Under the pieces are notes generated by a model, which worked only from the letters and a program-made list of their open reading frames with translations, was not told where the DNA came from and did no database searches. DNA of 61,351 nucleotides from assembly GCA_043812455.1 (NCBI GenBank), contig JBDRMB010000027.1, forward strand, positions 1 through 61,351, written 5' to 3'. A program made the translations under genes and the position numbers. Source of the DNA: an archaeon. GTDB taxonomy: Archaea > Nanobdellota > Nanobdellia > Woesearchaeales > GW2011-AR9. Below are positions 45,598 through 59,100 of this stretch, one piece after another; position 1 is the stretch's first letter, and the number at the start of each line of letters is the position of its first letter.

Positions 45598-46785
45598 ATG
45601 AAATTAAATAATTTTAGTGGAACTGAAGACAAAAAAATCTTAAGTGTAGCAGAACTTACTTTCTCTATCAAGAAGATCCTAGAAACTAATCAAGATCTTA
45701 ACGACATTTGGGTTAAAGGAGAACTTTCTAATTTTACTAAACACGGTTCTGGACATCTTTATTTCTCAATTAAGGATGAACATAGTCAATTAAGTTGTGT
45801 AATGTTTAGAAGAGCAGCTGGTAATAAAAAATGTTTAAATTTTGAACCTAAGCATGGCGATAAAGTTATTGTCAAAGGTTCAATTACTGTGTATGAAGTA
45901 CGCGGTAGTTATCAGTTACTTGTTACCGAGATGAAAAAAGATGGTTTAGGAGAGTTGCATAAGAAATTTCTAGAATTGAAAGAAAAGTTAGGCAAAGAAG
46001 GGTTGTTTGATCAGAAGAGATTAATTCCTTCATTCCCAAAAGTTATCGGAATTGTCAGTTCTCCAACCAGCGCAGCATTACAAGATATTCTTAACACAAT
46101 CAGAAGAAGATTTCCTTGTGTGAAAGCCATTATCGCACCAGCAATTGTGCAAGGAGAAGCTGGAACTTCTTCAATCGTTAAAGCAATTAATGCTCTCAAT
46201 AGATTAAATGAAGAACATCATCAAAAAATTGACACTATTATAATTGCAAGAGGTGGTGGAAGTTTAGAAGATTTATGGTGTTTCAACGAAGAACCAGTCG
46301 CAAGGGCAATTTACAATTCCAAAATCCCAATAATATCTGGAGTTGGACATGAAACTGACTTCACTATTACAGATTTTGTTGCTGACTTGCGTGCGCCAAC
46401 ACCAACTGCTGCTGCCGAACAGGCAGTGCCAGTGAGAGATGATTGGATTTATACCCTAAAAGATTATCAAAAAACTTTCACTCGACATTTAGAAAATTTT
46501 GTAGGCAACCGGCAACAACAGTTAGACCATCTTATAACCCAGTTATTAGCAGAGATGAAACTCTTATTGCAAGCTAAAAAGGAGAAACTTAACATTTTGC
46601 AAAGTAAACTGCAAGGGCTAAACGTTGATGCTACTCTCAGACGAGGGTTTAGTGTTACTATGAAAAATGGAAAGGTTGTAAAAAATGTTAATGTTCTGAA
46701 TGAAGGTGATGACTTGAAAACTATCCTTGCAGAAGGAGAATTCATTTCAAAATTATTAAACAAAACGGAGGAGAAAAACAAATGA
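45598..46785 (+). CDS. xseA: Exodeoxyribonuclease VII large subunit
   Basis: WVKGELSNF, SGHLYFSIKD, ARGGGSLEDLWCFN, SGVGHETD and DLRAPTPTAAAE. Confidence 0.95.
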   Translation: MKLNNFSGTEDKKILSVAELTFSIKKILETNQDLNDIWVKGELSNFTKHGSGHLYFSIKDEHSQLSCVMFRRAAGNKKCLNFEPKHGDKVIVKGSITVYEVRGSYQLLVTEMKKDGLGELHKKFLELKEKLGKEGLFDQKRLIPSFPKVIGIVSSPTSAALQDILNTIRRRFPCVKAIIAPAIVQGEAGTSSIVKAINALNRLNEEHHQKIDTIIIARGGGSLEDLWCFNEEPVARAIYNSKIPIISGVGHETDFTITDFVADLRAPTPTAAAEQAVPVRDDWIYTLKDYQKTFTRHLENFVGNRQQQLDHLITQLLAEMKLLLQAKKEKLNILQSKLQGLNVDATLRRGFSVTMKNGKVVKNVNVLNEGDDLKTILAEGEFISKLLNKTEEKNK

Positions 46786-46994
46786 GTGAACCAAACTTTG
46801 AAGATAACGTTAAACGAATGGAAGAGATTGTTGCCAAGATGGAAGAAGGTGGACTGAATTTGCAAGACAGTATTGCTTTGTTTAAGGAGGGAACTGAGCT
46901 TACTAAACAGTGCCAGGAACAGTTAACTAAGACTGAATTGCTGATCCAGAAAGTGATTGATCAGTCTGGGAAGATTGAAGTGGATAACTGTTAG
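46782..46994 (+). CDS. xseB: Exodeoxyribonuclease VII small subunit
   Basis: FED..K.MEEIV..ME.G.L.LQDSI.LFKEG..L...CQ..L; ATGA-coupled to xseA. Confidence 0.92.
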   Translation: MSEPNFEDNVKRMEEIVAKMEEGGLNLQDSIALFKEGTELTKQCQEQLTKTELLIQKVIDQSGKIEVDNC

Positions 46995-46995
46995 G

Positions 46996-48291
46996 TTATT
47001 TTTTTTTAGGATGATTTTTCATGAACTCTTCAAGAACATTTTCTGTCCAGCCAGCTTTAATTAAATCTCTTTTAATTAATTTATCAGACTTTCCGGCAAC
47101 CCTTTCAGAAGTAATGTGTTCATTCAGTTCTTCCAAATTCTTTTCAATTTTCTTAGCTTCATCATGCTTGTACATTAACTTTGCGAGCAGACCCAATAAT
47201 ACTAAAGTTAAAACTCCTAAAATTATGTAAATATAATTTTCAATTAGCGTTTCCCAGAAAGTTCTTGGAATTTGTAAACCAGGCTCGTCAGGCCAATCAC
47301 AAACAACACAAAGGTCAGGTGAAACAATTTCATTAATTTCTCCTTCAGGTCCAAATTCACCTTGATACCAAGCTTCTAAGCTAGAAACGTCAGGTATAGA
47401 AGCATCAGCTTCGTCATCGTCATAATAAGATTCACAGCCAGGATCGTCAGGGTAATCTGCCAATCCATCTAAATCATTATCTTGATTATCATTACATTCT
47501 CTTACAGCCCCACCGCCACCACCACCAGGAGTAGTTCCGGCTGGTGTAGGTGTAGTAACTTCATTATAATCTGTTATTAACAAACCATTAACTATAAAAT
47601 CAAAATCATCACCAGGATGTGCCAAAGTTACTTGTTCTCCTGGATAAGTAATTTCAGAATCGAAAACTTGGCTGGCAGTTGCAGTTTCGTTCTTAATCCC
47701 TATTATGATATAATTGCGTACTGTATTGATTAGATTACCATCAGAATCAGTTACATTATCAATTGTTACTTCTACTGTATTGCCATTATCACTGACAGAT
47801 AAACCATAACTTCCGCCCAAAAGGCCAGTTGTTGTATTAAGAGAATAATAAACGGTAACTGCTGGAGAAAAATCTGAACTTTCAGAGATACCAACTGTAA
47901 CAATTCCTGGATAAAAGGCTTTCCCTGTACTTAAGTCCAAATCTAATTGTAAAGGATTATTTGCATTATCAACAAACATTTTAGTTACAGTAATTGGAAT
48001 GGCTAAATTTTGTACTTGATATGTAAAAATAAAAAAATGGTTTTGGAAATCATTCGCTGGATTATCGGAATTTATGTAAAGTAAAATATTTGGGTTAGTA
48101 TTAGTCCCGTCAGCATAGGAATAAGTGTCATCATCAAAGTTTAAAGTGATAGTATTATCCTGACTATCAATCAATTCACCTTCCAAAATCCCTGCTGAGA
48201 CAAGAGGTAAAGATATTAAAGTGCAAATAGTTAAAGTTATTATTAATAAGATTAAAACTGTCCCATTCCTCTTTTTCTTTTCAATAAACAT
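46996..48291 (-). CDS. Surface protein with a C-terminal TM anchor
   Basis: Signal peptide, Thr/Gly linker, ECNDNQDNDLDGLADYPDDPGC Ca-binding-like repeat, TM helix and cytoplasmic tail. Confidence 0.75.
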   Translation of the reverse strand: MFIEKKKRNGTVLILLIITLTICTLISLPLVSAGILEGELIDSQDNTITLNFDDDTYSYADGTNTNPNILLYINSDNPANDFQNHFFIFTYQVQNLAIPITVTKMFVDNANNPLQLDLDLSTGKAFYPGIVTVGISESSDFSPAVTVYYSLNTTTGLLGGSYGLSVSDNGNTVEVTIDNVTDSDGNLINTVRNYIIIGIKNETATASQVFDSEITYPGEQVTLAHPGDDFDFIVNGLLITDYNEVTTPTPAGTTPGGGGGGAVRECNDNQDNDLDGLADYPDDPGCESYYDDDEADASIPDVSSLEAWYQGEFGPEGEINEIVSPDLCVVCDWPDEPGLQIPRTFWETLIENYIYIILGVLTLVLLGLLAKLMYKHDEAKKIEKNLEELNEHITSERVAGKSDKLIKRDLIKAGWTENVLEEFMKNHPKKK

Positions 48292-48325
48292 CTTTATTAC
48301 TTTTTGGTTATGTTTAGGTTTATTT

Positions 48326-50143
48326 TTATGTTTTTAATATTTTTGTTATTGATAAAGCTATTTGCCTTAATCTATTCCAAACATTTTCAACTTCATCAGC
48401 ATTATATGTTGAAACATTATGGAACAATGAATTAGTGGCACTAATATTAGTGTAAAGGTTAAATGTGCTACTGTTAGTAAAAGTGAACGGTGCTTCACAG
48501 TCTGAGCTAGTACAACTATAAATTGTTCCTTTATAAGATACTGGTTGTTCAGTACCACTATCATCATAAACCTTGAACACTAAAGAATAATTTTCAAAAT
48601 TACTTGAATACTGATTATTTGAATTGCCGTCAAGAGTTTGTAAAGCCAAATTGCCAGTTGGAGCTACTGTAACATTAGCAGAACCGTTATTATCCATTAA
48701 AACCCTAGCCTCACTTACAGAGAATACTCCTGAAAAACCATTGGTATCATTATTGTACTGTAAGGGTCCCACCATGTTATAGCCACCTTTTTCATAAATT
48801 CTTAATGTCCAGTTCGCAAAATAAGATGCTACATTACTGTCAGAATCGTTCATTTGTACAGTTAAATTATAGAATTGTCCGGGAAGTGTGAAATTTCCGT
48901 TAAGAATACCATCAATCCAGATTAATGGTTGAGCAACAGCCGCTACACTAACTGTATCATAACCAGAATCGTGAGCAGTACCACAAGTTGTTATTCCAGC
49001 TTCAGTATCATTGATAGTAGCAGTATAATTATAATTCCCTGAACCACTGGCCGGTGTTATTTGAAAATTGAACGAAGTAGAACCACCATTAGCAGCAAGG
49101 TCAGTTGTTACTGTAGTAACATCTGCAGTGCGTATTGGTGCACCCTTTTCTTCAACTGTAGTAACAGCAAAATCTGTAGTAACATTAACATCACCATTAT
49201 TTTCTACCGTTACCGTTACAGTTGCTGGCTGGCCAGCAAGTAAAGAGCTATTTACTGTAACTGAAGATACTTCTAACTGTGGGCCAATACAGAACTGAGT
49301 TCCAAGTCCATTAATCACAACATAACGGATGTGTTGATTTAGATCATTGACAGTTGCAGCGCTTAACCCTGAAGAAAAAGTTTCTGATAAAGTTGCTCCG
49401 CTACTGTTTAATTGTCGGCCATCGCTACAGTTTGCACCATAATTATCAGCACAAACACCAACCATCAATCTCCTATTGTTTGACAAGCCATAATCGCCAT
49501 CATTAAAATTTTTATTTCCACTAACTCCTTGGAAAGTAATTGAACTTGCACTGACAGTAACATTTCTTGTTGACTGATTAAAAGTAGCACCAACACTGTT
49601 ATAGGATCCGTTAAGCCAACCGTTAGAATAGTTCATAAACACAAAATTTGTGCCAGCACCATTTTCATTACTTGAAACTAATGCCCATAACCTTCCAGGA
49701 AATGCTGCTACGAAAGCTTCCGGAGTACTAGAATCAATATGGCTACTGGAAACAATGAACGGACTAACTTGAGTTTTGTTACCTGTACAGGTAGTTGCAA
49801 CCTGACTTGCTTGCACTAAAGAGTAAGTTGAACTTCCTGCTCGTTGATTAATTACTGTATAATTCATTGTTCCGCTAATGTTTAAAGCGTACGAAATTCC
49901 AACATAAGGTTGATTTGATGGTGGATCACAAATAAGAAGTGCCAAATCTGAGTTAGGAGCAGAATCTTTATAGGCGTCTGCACTGTCAACATATTGTAAA
50001 GTACTCATATCTTCACTGCTGTCTACTAAAGAAGCGTTTAATGCAAAAACTGAACTACTCAGAGCAATTATACTAATAGATAATGAAAATACTAATATGA
50101 ACACTTTTACTATAAACAACCTCTTTTTTTTGTTTGTGCTCAT
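48326..50143 (-). CDS. Secreted glycoprotein with a CARDB-like Ig domain
   Basis: Signal peptide; VTVTVENNGDVNV Ig strand; many NxS/T sequons; no TM anchor. Confidence 0.75.
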   Translation of the reverse strand: MSTNKKKRLFIVKVFILVFSLSISIIALSSSVFALNASLVDSSEDMSTLQYVDSADAYKDSAPNSDLALLICDPPSNQPYVGISYALNISGTMNYTVINQRAGSSTYSLVQASQVATTCTGNKTQVSPFIVSSSHIDSSTPEAFVAAFPGRLWALVSSNENGAGTNFVFMNYSNGWLNGSYNSVGATFNQSTRNVTVSASSITFQGVSGNKNFNDGDYGLSNNRRLMVGVCADNYGANCSDGRQLNSSGATLSETFSSGLSAATVNDLNQHIRYVVINGLGTQFCIGPQLEVSSVTVNSSLLAGQPATVTVTVENNGDVNVTTDFAVTTVEEKGAPIRTADVTTVTTDLAANGGSTSFNFQITPASGSGNYNYTATINDTEAGITTCGTAHDSGYDTVSVAAVAQPLIWIDGILNGNFTLPGQFYNLTVQMNDSDSNVASYFANWTLRIYEKGGYNMVGPLQYNNDTNGFSGVFSVSEARVLMDNNGSANVTVAPTGNLALQTLDGNSNNQYSSNFENYSLVFKVYDDSGTEQPVSYKGTIYSCTSSDCEAPFTFTNSSTFNLYTNISATNSLFHNVSTYNADEVENVWNRLRQIALSITKILKT

Positions 50144-50194
50144 TTTTGTAATTAATTTTCTAATTTCAAGTAAACATTTTTGCTTTTATTAATC

Positions 50195-53100
50195 TTACGA
50201 TGATTCTAAGAGAGATTCTCTGATATTGAGGGCAACTGATAGGAAACTTTCAAATTGGTTATTAAGAGTATTCTTAACAGTAGTGGCAATTGAATAATCA
50301 CTATCTGTTGGTTCTCGTAAAGTGTCGTTCTGTTCAAAGTATAAAGTAGTTACAAGTTCGCCAGTTTCGTTGTAAACTGCAATACTATAATTAGCATCAA
50401 CATTGTATAAAGTACCCATTGTATAAAGGAGATTAGTAATATTAAAGTTTGTGAGTTGTGTTGAATGATTATTAGCTGAAGGGGAAGTACTGGCATGAAG
50501 CAACCAACCATAATCTTCTAATGGCGTAAGTGTACCTGACACTGATTGATTACTTGAATTAAGTAGAGTTATATTGATAACATTAATTGCACCTACCTGA
50601 ATTGGACTTAAAGTAGTAGAACTTCCACCAACTTGTGAAACGTTAATTGACTGATAAACACCTTTACCATCATTAACCCAAGATTTCATGAATAAAGTTA
50701 ATGATAACCAACTTTCCATATTGTTCTTCAAGATATTAATTCCAGGCAAGGTTTTGCCAACAACTTCTGTACCTAAACTTAAAGCATCTGAACTTAATGA
50801 TAAATTTTTAGATTGGGTAACACCACCACCTGAATAAATGTTTACTGAAATGTTGTAAGGAGACTCATTATTATATCGCGTTGGAGCAATGATAAACTCT
50901 ACCAAACCGCTAGAGTTAGTTAAATTAGTTACTAAAGCTTCAAAATTATTTCCTGTCTCAACCAATGGGAATACAAAATTCCTACCATTTTGTTCTGCTA
51001 TACCTACAGTAATATTTCCAGAAGGAAGACCATTCTGAGTAATGTTAACCAAGACACGATGTGGTACTGCAGTTCTGTTAAACTGGTCTGTTTCTACATT
51101 ATCTATCCAGACAGTAATGTTATAAGTTGTTGAAGCATTACCAACACTATAATTACTAAACTGAGTAACATTAAATTGATAATTGTTTCCTCCTAAATCT
51201 GTAACAGCACTACATATAGAAACATCACAAATTGTACCATCACGATAAGCTGTTGGGGTTGATATCCCTGCAACGTTATAGAAAGTTAACGTCGCAGTTC
51301 TGTTAAGAATACCATTTGATGGATTAGGTGTGAAAGATAAGAAATTATTTGTTATAATAGGGTTTATACCAATACCTAACTCTGCTTGTTCAGTATTAGT
51401 TAGTGAGAGAGTAACTGTCCAGTTGATTGCTCCATTTTGATTTTCATAGGCAACATAATTTGTAAAAAGGCTTCCTCTGGCAGTAATTTGAATTTTATTA
51501 GTGGCAGGATCTGATGTATTAATAGTGTTATTAAACAAAATATTTTCATCAGGTGTAGCACCAGAATCGTGTATCCATACTGGACCACCATAAATAATGT
51601 TATTCTTAATTAAATTATAATCTGAACCTCTGATAATTAAAGAATTGCTACCGGGCACAGTTATATTATTCTCGATAATATTATTATTATGAGAATTTAA
51701 TGCAAACATATATGAAAGTAAAGTATTATCTTGAATAGTATTATTATGACCACTGTTCAAGTAAATACTATATGTTGCAGCTTTATTATCTACAGTATTG
51801 TTGGTTATATTGTTCCAGTCAGAATTAATCCCTATGTATCCAGTAGATAGAGTTCCACTCAAAGTGTTTTCAATAATTGTATTATTATTTGAATCAACTA
51901 TAATCCCATCATTTGTAAGTGAATTGTTCTTTACTAAAATTCTTTCACTCGTTACCAAGTAAATTCTACCATCAAATATTGTGTTATCTGTTACATTAGT
52001 ATCACTTGAATTATCAATAGTTATAGCATCATTTCCAGTAGTATTAATTGTGTTACCAAATAGTTTGTTACTGGAACCGGTGTTTTGTAGAAATATGGCA
52101 TTTCCAGATAGATTTTCTAGTTTGTTGTCATGAATTATAGAACTTATACTATTAGTATGTACATAAATTCCTGTTGCTGTTGCAGTTATTGTATTGCCTG
52201 TTACATTTGTATAATTAGAACTTTCTATTTCTATACCAGACTCTGTGATATTTGTAATATTGTTATTATAAACTAGGATATCTACGCCTGTAAGATCTAT
52301 GCCCTTTGTTCCATTATTTATTATATTATTAGCTATGGTGATGTTTGTACAAGTCCCCTCCATATTAATTCCACTTGAAACATGTTGGATTATGTTATTT
52401 TCTATAGTAATGTTTGTCCGTCCATCTAACATGTCTATTGCAGTACCACCAACTTTAATTATTGTGTTACTTGTAACATTATTGTTTGAATCTATAATCA
52501 TGGCATCGCCAGTAATATCGGACAATGTATTATCATAAACATTACAACCTGTGCTGGAATCTGTTACAGATAGGGAAGAATTTGTTAAATTATTACCAAA
52601 TATATTAGTTCCAGTGCTTGTTAATTCTAGATAAATTCCTTCATTAGTAGTATTAATTATTGTATTATCTGAGATAGTGTTACCTGTTCCACCATCTTGA
52701 CTTATACCATATGAACTCGTATGATATATTGTGTTATTTGTTATTATATTATTTGTACCACTAAAGACAATGGCATCATTATAATTATTCCAGGTACAAT
52801 CTTTAATAGTAACATTATTTCTGTTAGGTATATATAACCCATTACCAGAAGTGTTTCCGATCATTGTTGTCTGGTTACATTTCAAAGTTAAGTTTTCACC
52901 AGATACTGTTATTAAACCATCTCCTGTTGCATTTAAGTAATAAGTTCCATTACAAAGAATTGTATCATTAACTATTGACATTCCAACTGATGGTGGAAAA
53001 ATACTTGCATTGTTATCATTACAATCTGCAACTCCACAACTTCCACCTGTTGAATTAAAACCATCACCATCACTGTCTGTGCACGTAGTTCCATTCATTA

Positions 53101-56100
53101 TAGTATAATTACTAAAGCTTGTAACATTAAATCTATAATCATTACCTCCTAAATCTTCAACATTACTACATATTGAAGAAGAACAAAGGGATCCATTTCT
53201 ATAAATAACTGGATTTGCATTTAAGTTAATAATATTATAAAATGTAATAGTTGCGTTAGTGTTAAGTAAACTACTACTGCCACTAGGAGTGAATGATAAG
53301 AAATTATTACTAATTGTTGGGTTAACGTTTAATTCTAAAGTTGAGATTTCAGTTTTCTCTGAACTTAATGTTATTGTCCAGTTAATTTTACCATCTGAAT
53401 TCTGGTAAACAATATTATTTGTTGCAGAAGCTGCATTTCCAATTCTAAATTTGAAATCATTAGGATTAGTTGTGTTAATTGTATTGTTAATGAAAGTATT
53501 GTTCATAGATGGATCTGTAGCTGTCGGATTTAAATTGATAGAAGAGTCTATGATAATGTTGCTATATATAAGATTATTACTTGAATTATAAAGATCTAAT
53601 GGTGAGTTATTTAAAACATTATCATAGATAATGTTACGTTCAATTACATTTGTTAAGCTTATTCCTCCAGAAGTGGAATTTGTTATATTGTTATTAAAAA
53701 TCAAATTATTTACTACTTGACCATTAAGTGCTATTCCTCCTACACCAGGAATAATGTTTTCTATGATATTATAAGAGATAGTATTGTTAATATTAGCCCC
53801 ATACATTAAACGTATTGCTCTTGCTGAACAATTGTATATTTTGTTACCTGTGATATTAGAATTATTAACAATTAAGAGCATTATCTGATTACCACTGCTT
53901 CTTGTTATTGTATTATTATAAACAAGATAATCTTCTCCGGTTAAGAAAATAGAATCTGGATTTGTAGCATTATAGATTATGTTATTTGATATTGTAATAT
54001 TTGAACCAGTATTTGAATATATTGGCAGAATTGTGTGATTCATTGTATTGCTTATTATTTTTGTGTCGTTCACAAAATTCAAACTTATAGCAGTTGTGTC
54101 TTGATTAAATATATTTCCTTGAATTAAATTGCCTGAACCCGCAGTGTAGAATTTAATTACATCAGTAGAGATATTATTCATATTGTTGTTTAAGATTGAG
54201 TTGTTTGCTGATCCTTGATGGAGATATACTGCATATCCCGATATGTTATATATTATATTAGAGGATATTATATTATTGTTGCTTGAACTTCTTAACTCTA
54301 TACCTGTTGCTGGATTATCATGTATATTATTACCGGTTATATTTGAGTTGTTTGTAGTTTGTACTGTTATAGCAGTAGAAGAATAAGATACCGTGTTATT
54401 ATACAGAAAGATATCTAAACAACTATTAAGACTTATTCCTCCTACACTTGCACTCCATATTATGTTATTTGATACAGTATTATTCTGGCTATCATCTACA
54501 CTTATTCCACTAGACACATTAAATAAAGTATTTCTAGTTACGATTGAATTATTGGTATTTGTTAATTGTAAATTTCCTTGTGTGTGATTTATTCTGTTAT
54601 CATAAATTTGAACAGTATAGGCTGTATTGCTTGCCCATATTCCAGATGAGACTAAAATGTTGTCATAAATTAAATTGCCCTCACCTGCATAATTTAATCT
54701 GATACCTACGGCAGTAGCATTTGTTATATTATTATTAAATATTGATATGTTTGATGTTCCAGTTTGAAGTAATATGCCTGAAGAAGCTAGATGTTGTATT
54801 ACATTATTTGATATTGTGATATTGTGGTTTTGTCCTTCTAGATTTATTCCTCTTGCAGTGCCATTGATTATAAAATTTCCTGAAATATTTGAATGATTAA
54901 GATTGGTCAAACGTATTGCTTGGTTACTTGATGCATTTATTACTGTGTTATCGTATACTAAATGATTCAGTCCTGAAACAGAGATTCCAGCACCATAATT
55001 GTTCCATGTACACCCCCGGATTGTTATATTTTCTCTGTTATTTGCAACTATTCCTGTTCCTGTTCCTGAATTGTTTCCAACCATAATTGTACTATTACAT
55101 TCTACGACTGTGTTATGGTTAGCGATAGCCATTAAATCTTCAGTAGTGTTAAGAGAATATGTTCCTGGACAGAACATTATATCGGCAGTTATTGTTAATG
55201 CTGCAGTTGGAGGGATAATACTAGCATTATTATCATTACAATCACAATTTAAATTTGTAGTACAACAACCAATAACTGTAGCATTAAAACCATCACCATC
55301 ATTATCAACACAAGCTCCACTTACACTATAATTACTGAACTGAGTAACATTAAATTGGTAATTGTTTCCACCCAAATCTGTTACATTACTACAGATAGAT
55401 GAATCACAAGCTACACCATTACGGTATGCTACAGGGGTTGTAACTCCAGCAACACTATAGAAAGTTAATGTTGCTGTTCTGTTAAGTAAACTATCATTAT
55501 GACTTGGTGTGAAAGATATGAAATTATTTGTAATTATTGGGTTAATGCCTAAACTTAAACTTGAATTTTCAGTTTTTGTAGAGTCTAAAGTTATAGTCCA
55601 GTTTATTTTACCGTCAGATTCTTGGTAAATAATATTATTTGTTGCAGAGACTGTGTTTGAAAAAACAATTTTTGGATCTTCTGAATTTGTAGTGTTTATT
55701 GTATTATTGATTAAAATATTCTCTTCCGAAGAAGTTGTACCTCCTGTAAGAGTAATTGAACCATTTGAAACAATGTTCTCTCTTAAGAGGTTATAACTAG
55801 CATTGTTTAATGTAATGCCAATACCAGTTAAAGATATATTATTTCCAATAATATTATTGTCGTTAGAATTAATAATAGACATATATTCTTCCAAATTGTT
55901 TTCTTGTACTGTATTATTATAAGCACCGCTTAAGGAGATACTATATGGTGATCCCGAAAAGATTGTATTATCTGATACATTATTCCAATCTCCAAGAATA
56001 CCTATAAATCCGCTACCACCACTTTGACCATAAAGAAGATTCTCAATAATTGTGTTATTATTAGAATTAATTCTTATTCCATCCACCGTAATTGAATTAT

Positions 56101-59100
56101 TCCTTACAAATGCTCTCTCACCACTACTCAAAAATATTCTACCATCGTGTAAAACATTATTTGCGATAATTGTTTCATTTGAATTAACAATTCTTATAGC
56201 ATTTTCTGAAGTAGTGTTTATTGTGTTATATGATATTGAATTATTGTTGCTTGAACTTCCCAAGTCTATACCTATCACTGTACAATTTTCAATAACATTT
56301 CCAGTTATATTTGAATTACTGGTATTGGATAAAGTTATTGCATAAACTTCAGTATTGTTTATTGTATTATCATATATGTGTATTGTTAAACCAGTATTAA
56401 ATATACTTATTCCATTTCTAAGATTCATTGTATTATTATAAACTGCAATCCCTTCGCCTGCTTCACTTAAAGTTATACCCTCTTCACAATCGCTTATTAT
56501 GTTATTAAAGACTGTTACATTGCCCGACCTTGGCTCCACATTAATTCCATAATTAGAGCTTTGTATTACATTGCCGTTGATAGTTATGTTTGCCACATCG
56601 TCGACTACATTTACTCCAGATTCGCCATTATTAAATATTATGTTACCAGTTACATTAGTATAATATGAATTAGCAGCTATACCATGGCCAGTAGTGTTGG
56701 TTATTGTGTTATTATACAAATTACACCTGGTACTTGAATCAGATATTACTATTCCATCACTAACATTTGTTATATCATTACCAAATATGTTGTTTCCTGT
56801 ACTTGTTATTTCCAATTGAATTCCAACATCGCTTATGTTCTTTATTGTGTTATATGAGATTGTACTGTTTACAACTGTATTTACGTCCATTCCCCGATAA
56901 CTCATATTGTACAAGCTATTATTGGTTATATTTGAGTTAATTGTGTTTGTTAGAACCATTCCATTAAAATAATTATAAAATGTACACCCCTTTATGGTGA
57001 TATTGTTTTTACTATCAACATCTAATCCATTACCACTACCATCCCCAATTATTACTGTGTCATTACATTCCAAGGTTAGATTTTCTGAATTGATTTGAAT
57101 CACCCGCACTGTTGCATTTACATAATAAGTTCCATTACAGACAATTGTGTCATTTACTATTGACATCCCATTATAAGGAGGTAATATGCTAGCATTATTA
57201 TCATTACAATCTATAATACCACAATCAATACCTGAAGCATTAAATCCATCACCATCACTGTCTGTGCAAGCAGAAGGGGTTTCAAGAATAGTCAATGAAT
57301 TACTCCAAACAGTGGTTCCATCTTCTGTACCATCGTTTAATGTTACTGTTGCGTTCCAGACTTCTCCTACGTTTGTTTCGTTGCTGACAATTAAGTCTGT
57401 TCTGTTTTGATAGAGTGCTAGGATATGTTCTGGTGATAAAGATCTGTTCCAAATCATCACATCATCAATTGTACCATTAAAATATTCACTTGGACTACTA
57501 TCTCCTTTTACCCCTATACTAAAAGAATCTACATTTGAATTATAAGAAATATCTGTTGTTAATGTACCTAATGAACTTCCATCGGCATACATTTCTTTTA
57601 GGGTGTTGTTTTTAAACACACCGACAATATGGTGCCATTCATTATCATCATATGTTGTGCCCCATCCAATTGTTGAAGAAGCTGTTCCATTGTTTGCGCT
57701 TATCCTAGCTGATCCTGTAGAACCAATTCCAACCCAATAAAGTATATTATCCACATCTTTGTCTACTATGCTAATAATTGTTTGGCCTGTTGAAGAATTT
57801 GTTTTTACCCAAGCAGAAAATGTAAAAGGGTAAGAAGTTATAATCCCTAAATTATTTTTTATATAATCATCACCATCAAATTCGTAAGCTCCTTTTCCGT
57901 CATAGCCCCCAGTAGAGTTCCATGGGGCTTTGTAAACAGTACCATTATTACTATAAGGAGAATAATCTTTTGCACCATTAGGTGTGCCTACTATAGTTCC
58001 ATCTAATGATCCACCTTCAAATGGCATGTTCAAGACTGTTAGAGGTGTTCCGTTCATGTACCAATTATTAATGTTCTTGATTGCATCATTGTCAGCATCT
58101 GAAGCATCCCAGTAAAGAGTTAAGTTTTCTGTTGTGTAATTTGTTCCTGAGGTGCTATTTAAGACAACATTACTCGCAGCTGGTGGAGAATTGAGTATCG
58201 TCAAACTATTACTCCAGACAGTAGCACCATCTTCATAACCATCATTTGGTATGATTGTTGCATTCCAGACTCCTCCTTTGTTTGTTTCTTGTGAGACAAT
58301 TAAATCGGTTCTGTTTTGGTATAATGCTAATACTTGTTCTGGTGAGAGTGATCTATTGAATATCATAACTTCGTCTATTGTTCCGTTGAAATACTTAAAA
58401 ATTGTATATCCTGCATTATACCTTACTCTACCTAAATAATAATCTTCTCCAAGAGCTTCAGCATGAAAATCACCTGAGAATGTATCTTCTTGAGTAACAT
58501 TTGTATTATTTATATAAAATACAATATCTCCTCCAAAATTATGAGTTATGGCAAAGAAATACCAAGTATTATTATTTATATTTACATTAAGACCCGAAGG
58601 TGGACCCTGGTTATTACTATCTCTTACCCAAATACTAAGATTACCATAATTTACCATAACTCTAATAAGTTCATAATCACCATAATTATTAGAAAAAACT
58701 GCCCCTTGAATTTGATTAGAATTAGGAGTTTTAAACCAACCTGTTACTGACCAATCTTGTTCTGCATCAAATGTTCCTTTTGTGTTAAGATTATGTAAAT
58801 TAATATAATCATCACTTCCATCAAACTCATAAGCTCCTCTTCCATCGTAGCCCCCTGTTGAGTTCCATTGAGGTCCTGAGTTTGTTGAATTTGCTACAAT
58901 TGTTGCATTGTTTTGATATGGGGAGTAATCTTTTGTTGTTCCATTAGTTGGTGTTGTTGTTCCTTCTGTACTTCCACCTTCAAATGGCATGTTCAAGACT
59001 GTTAAAGAAGTGCCGTTCATGTACCAATTGAAAATGTTCTTGACACTATCTCCATCAGCGTCTGTTGTTGAGATATTATAAACAGTTAGGTTATCTGTTG

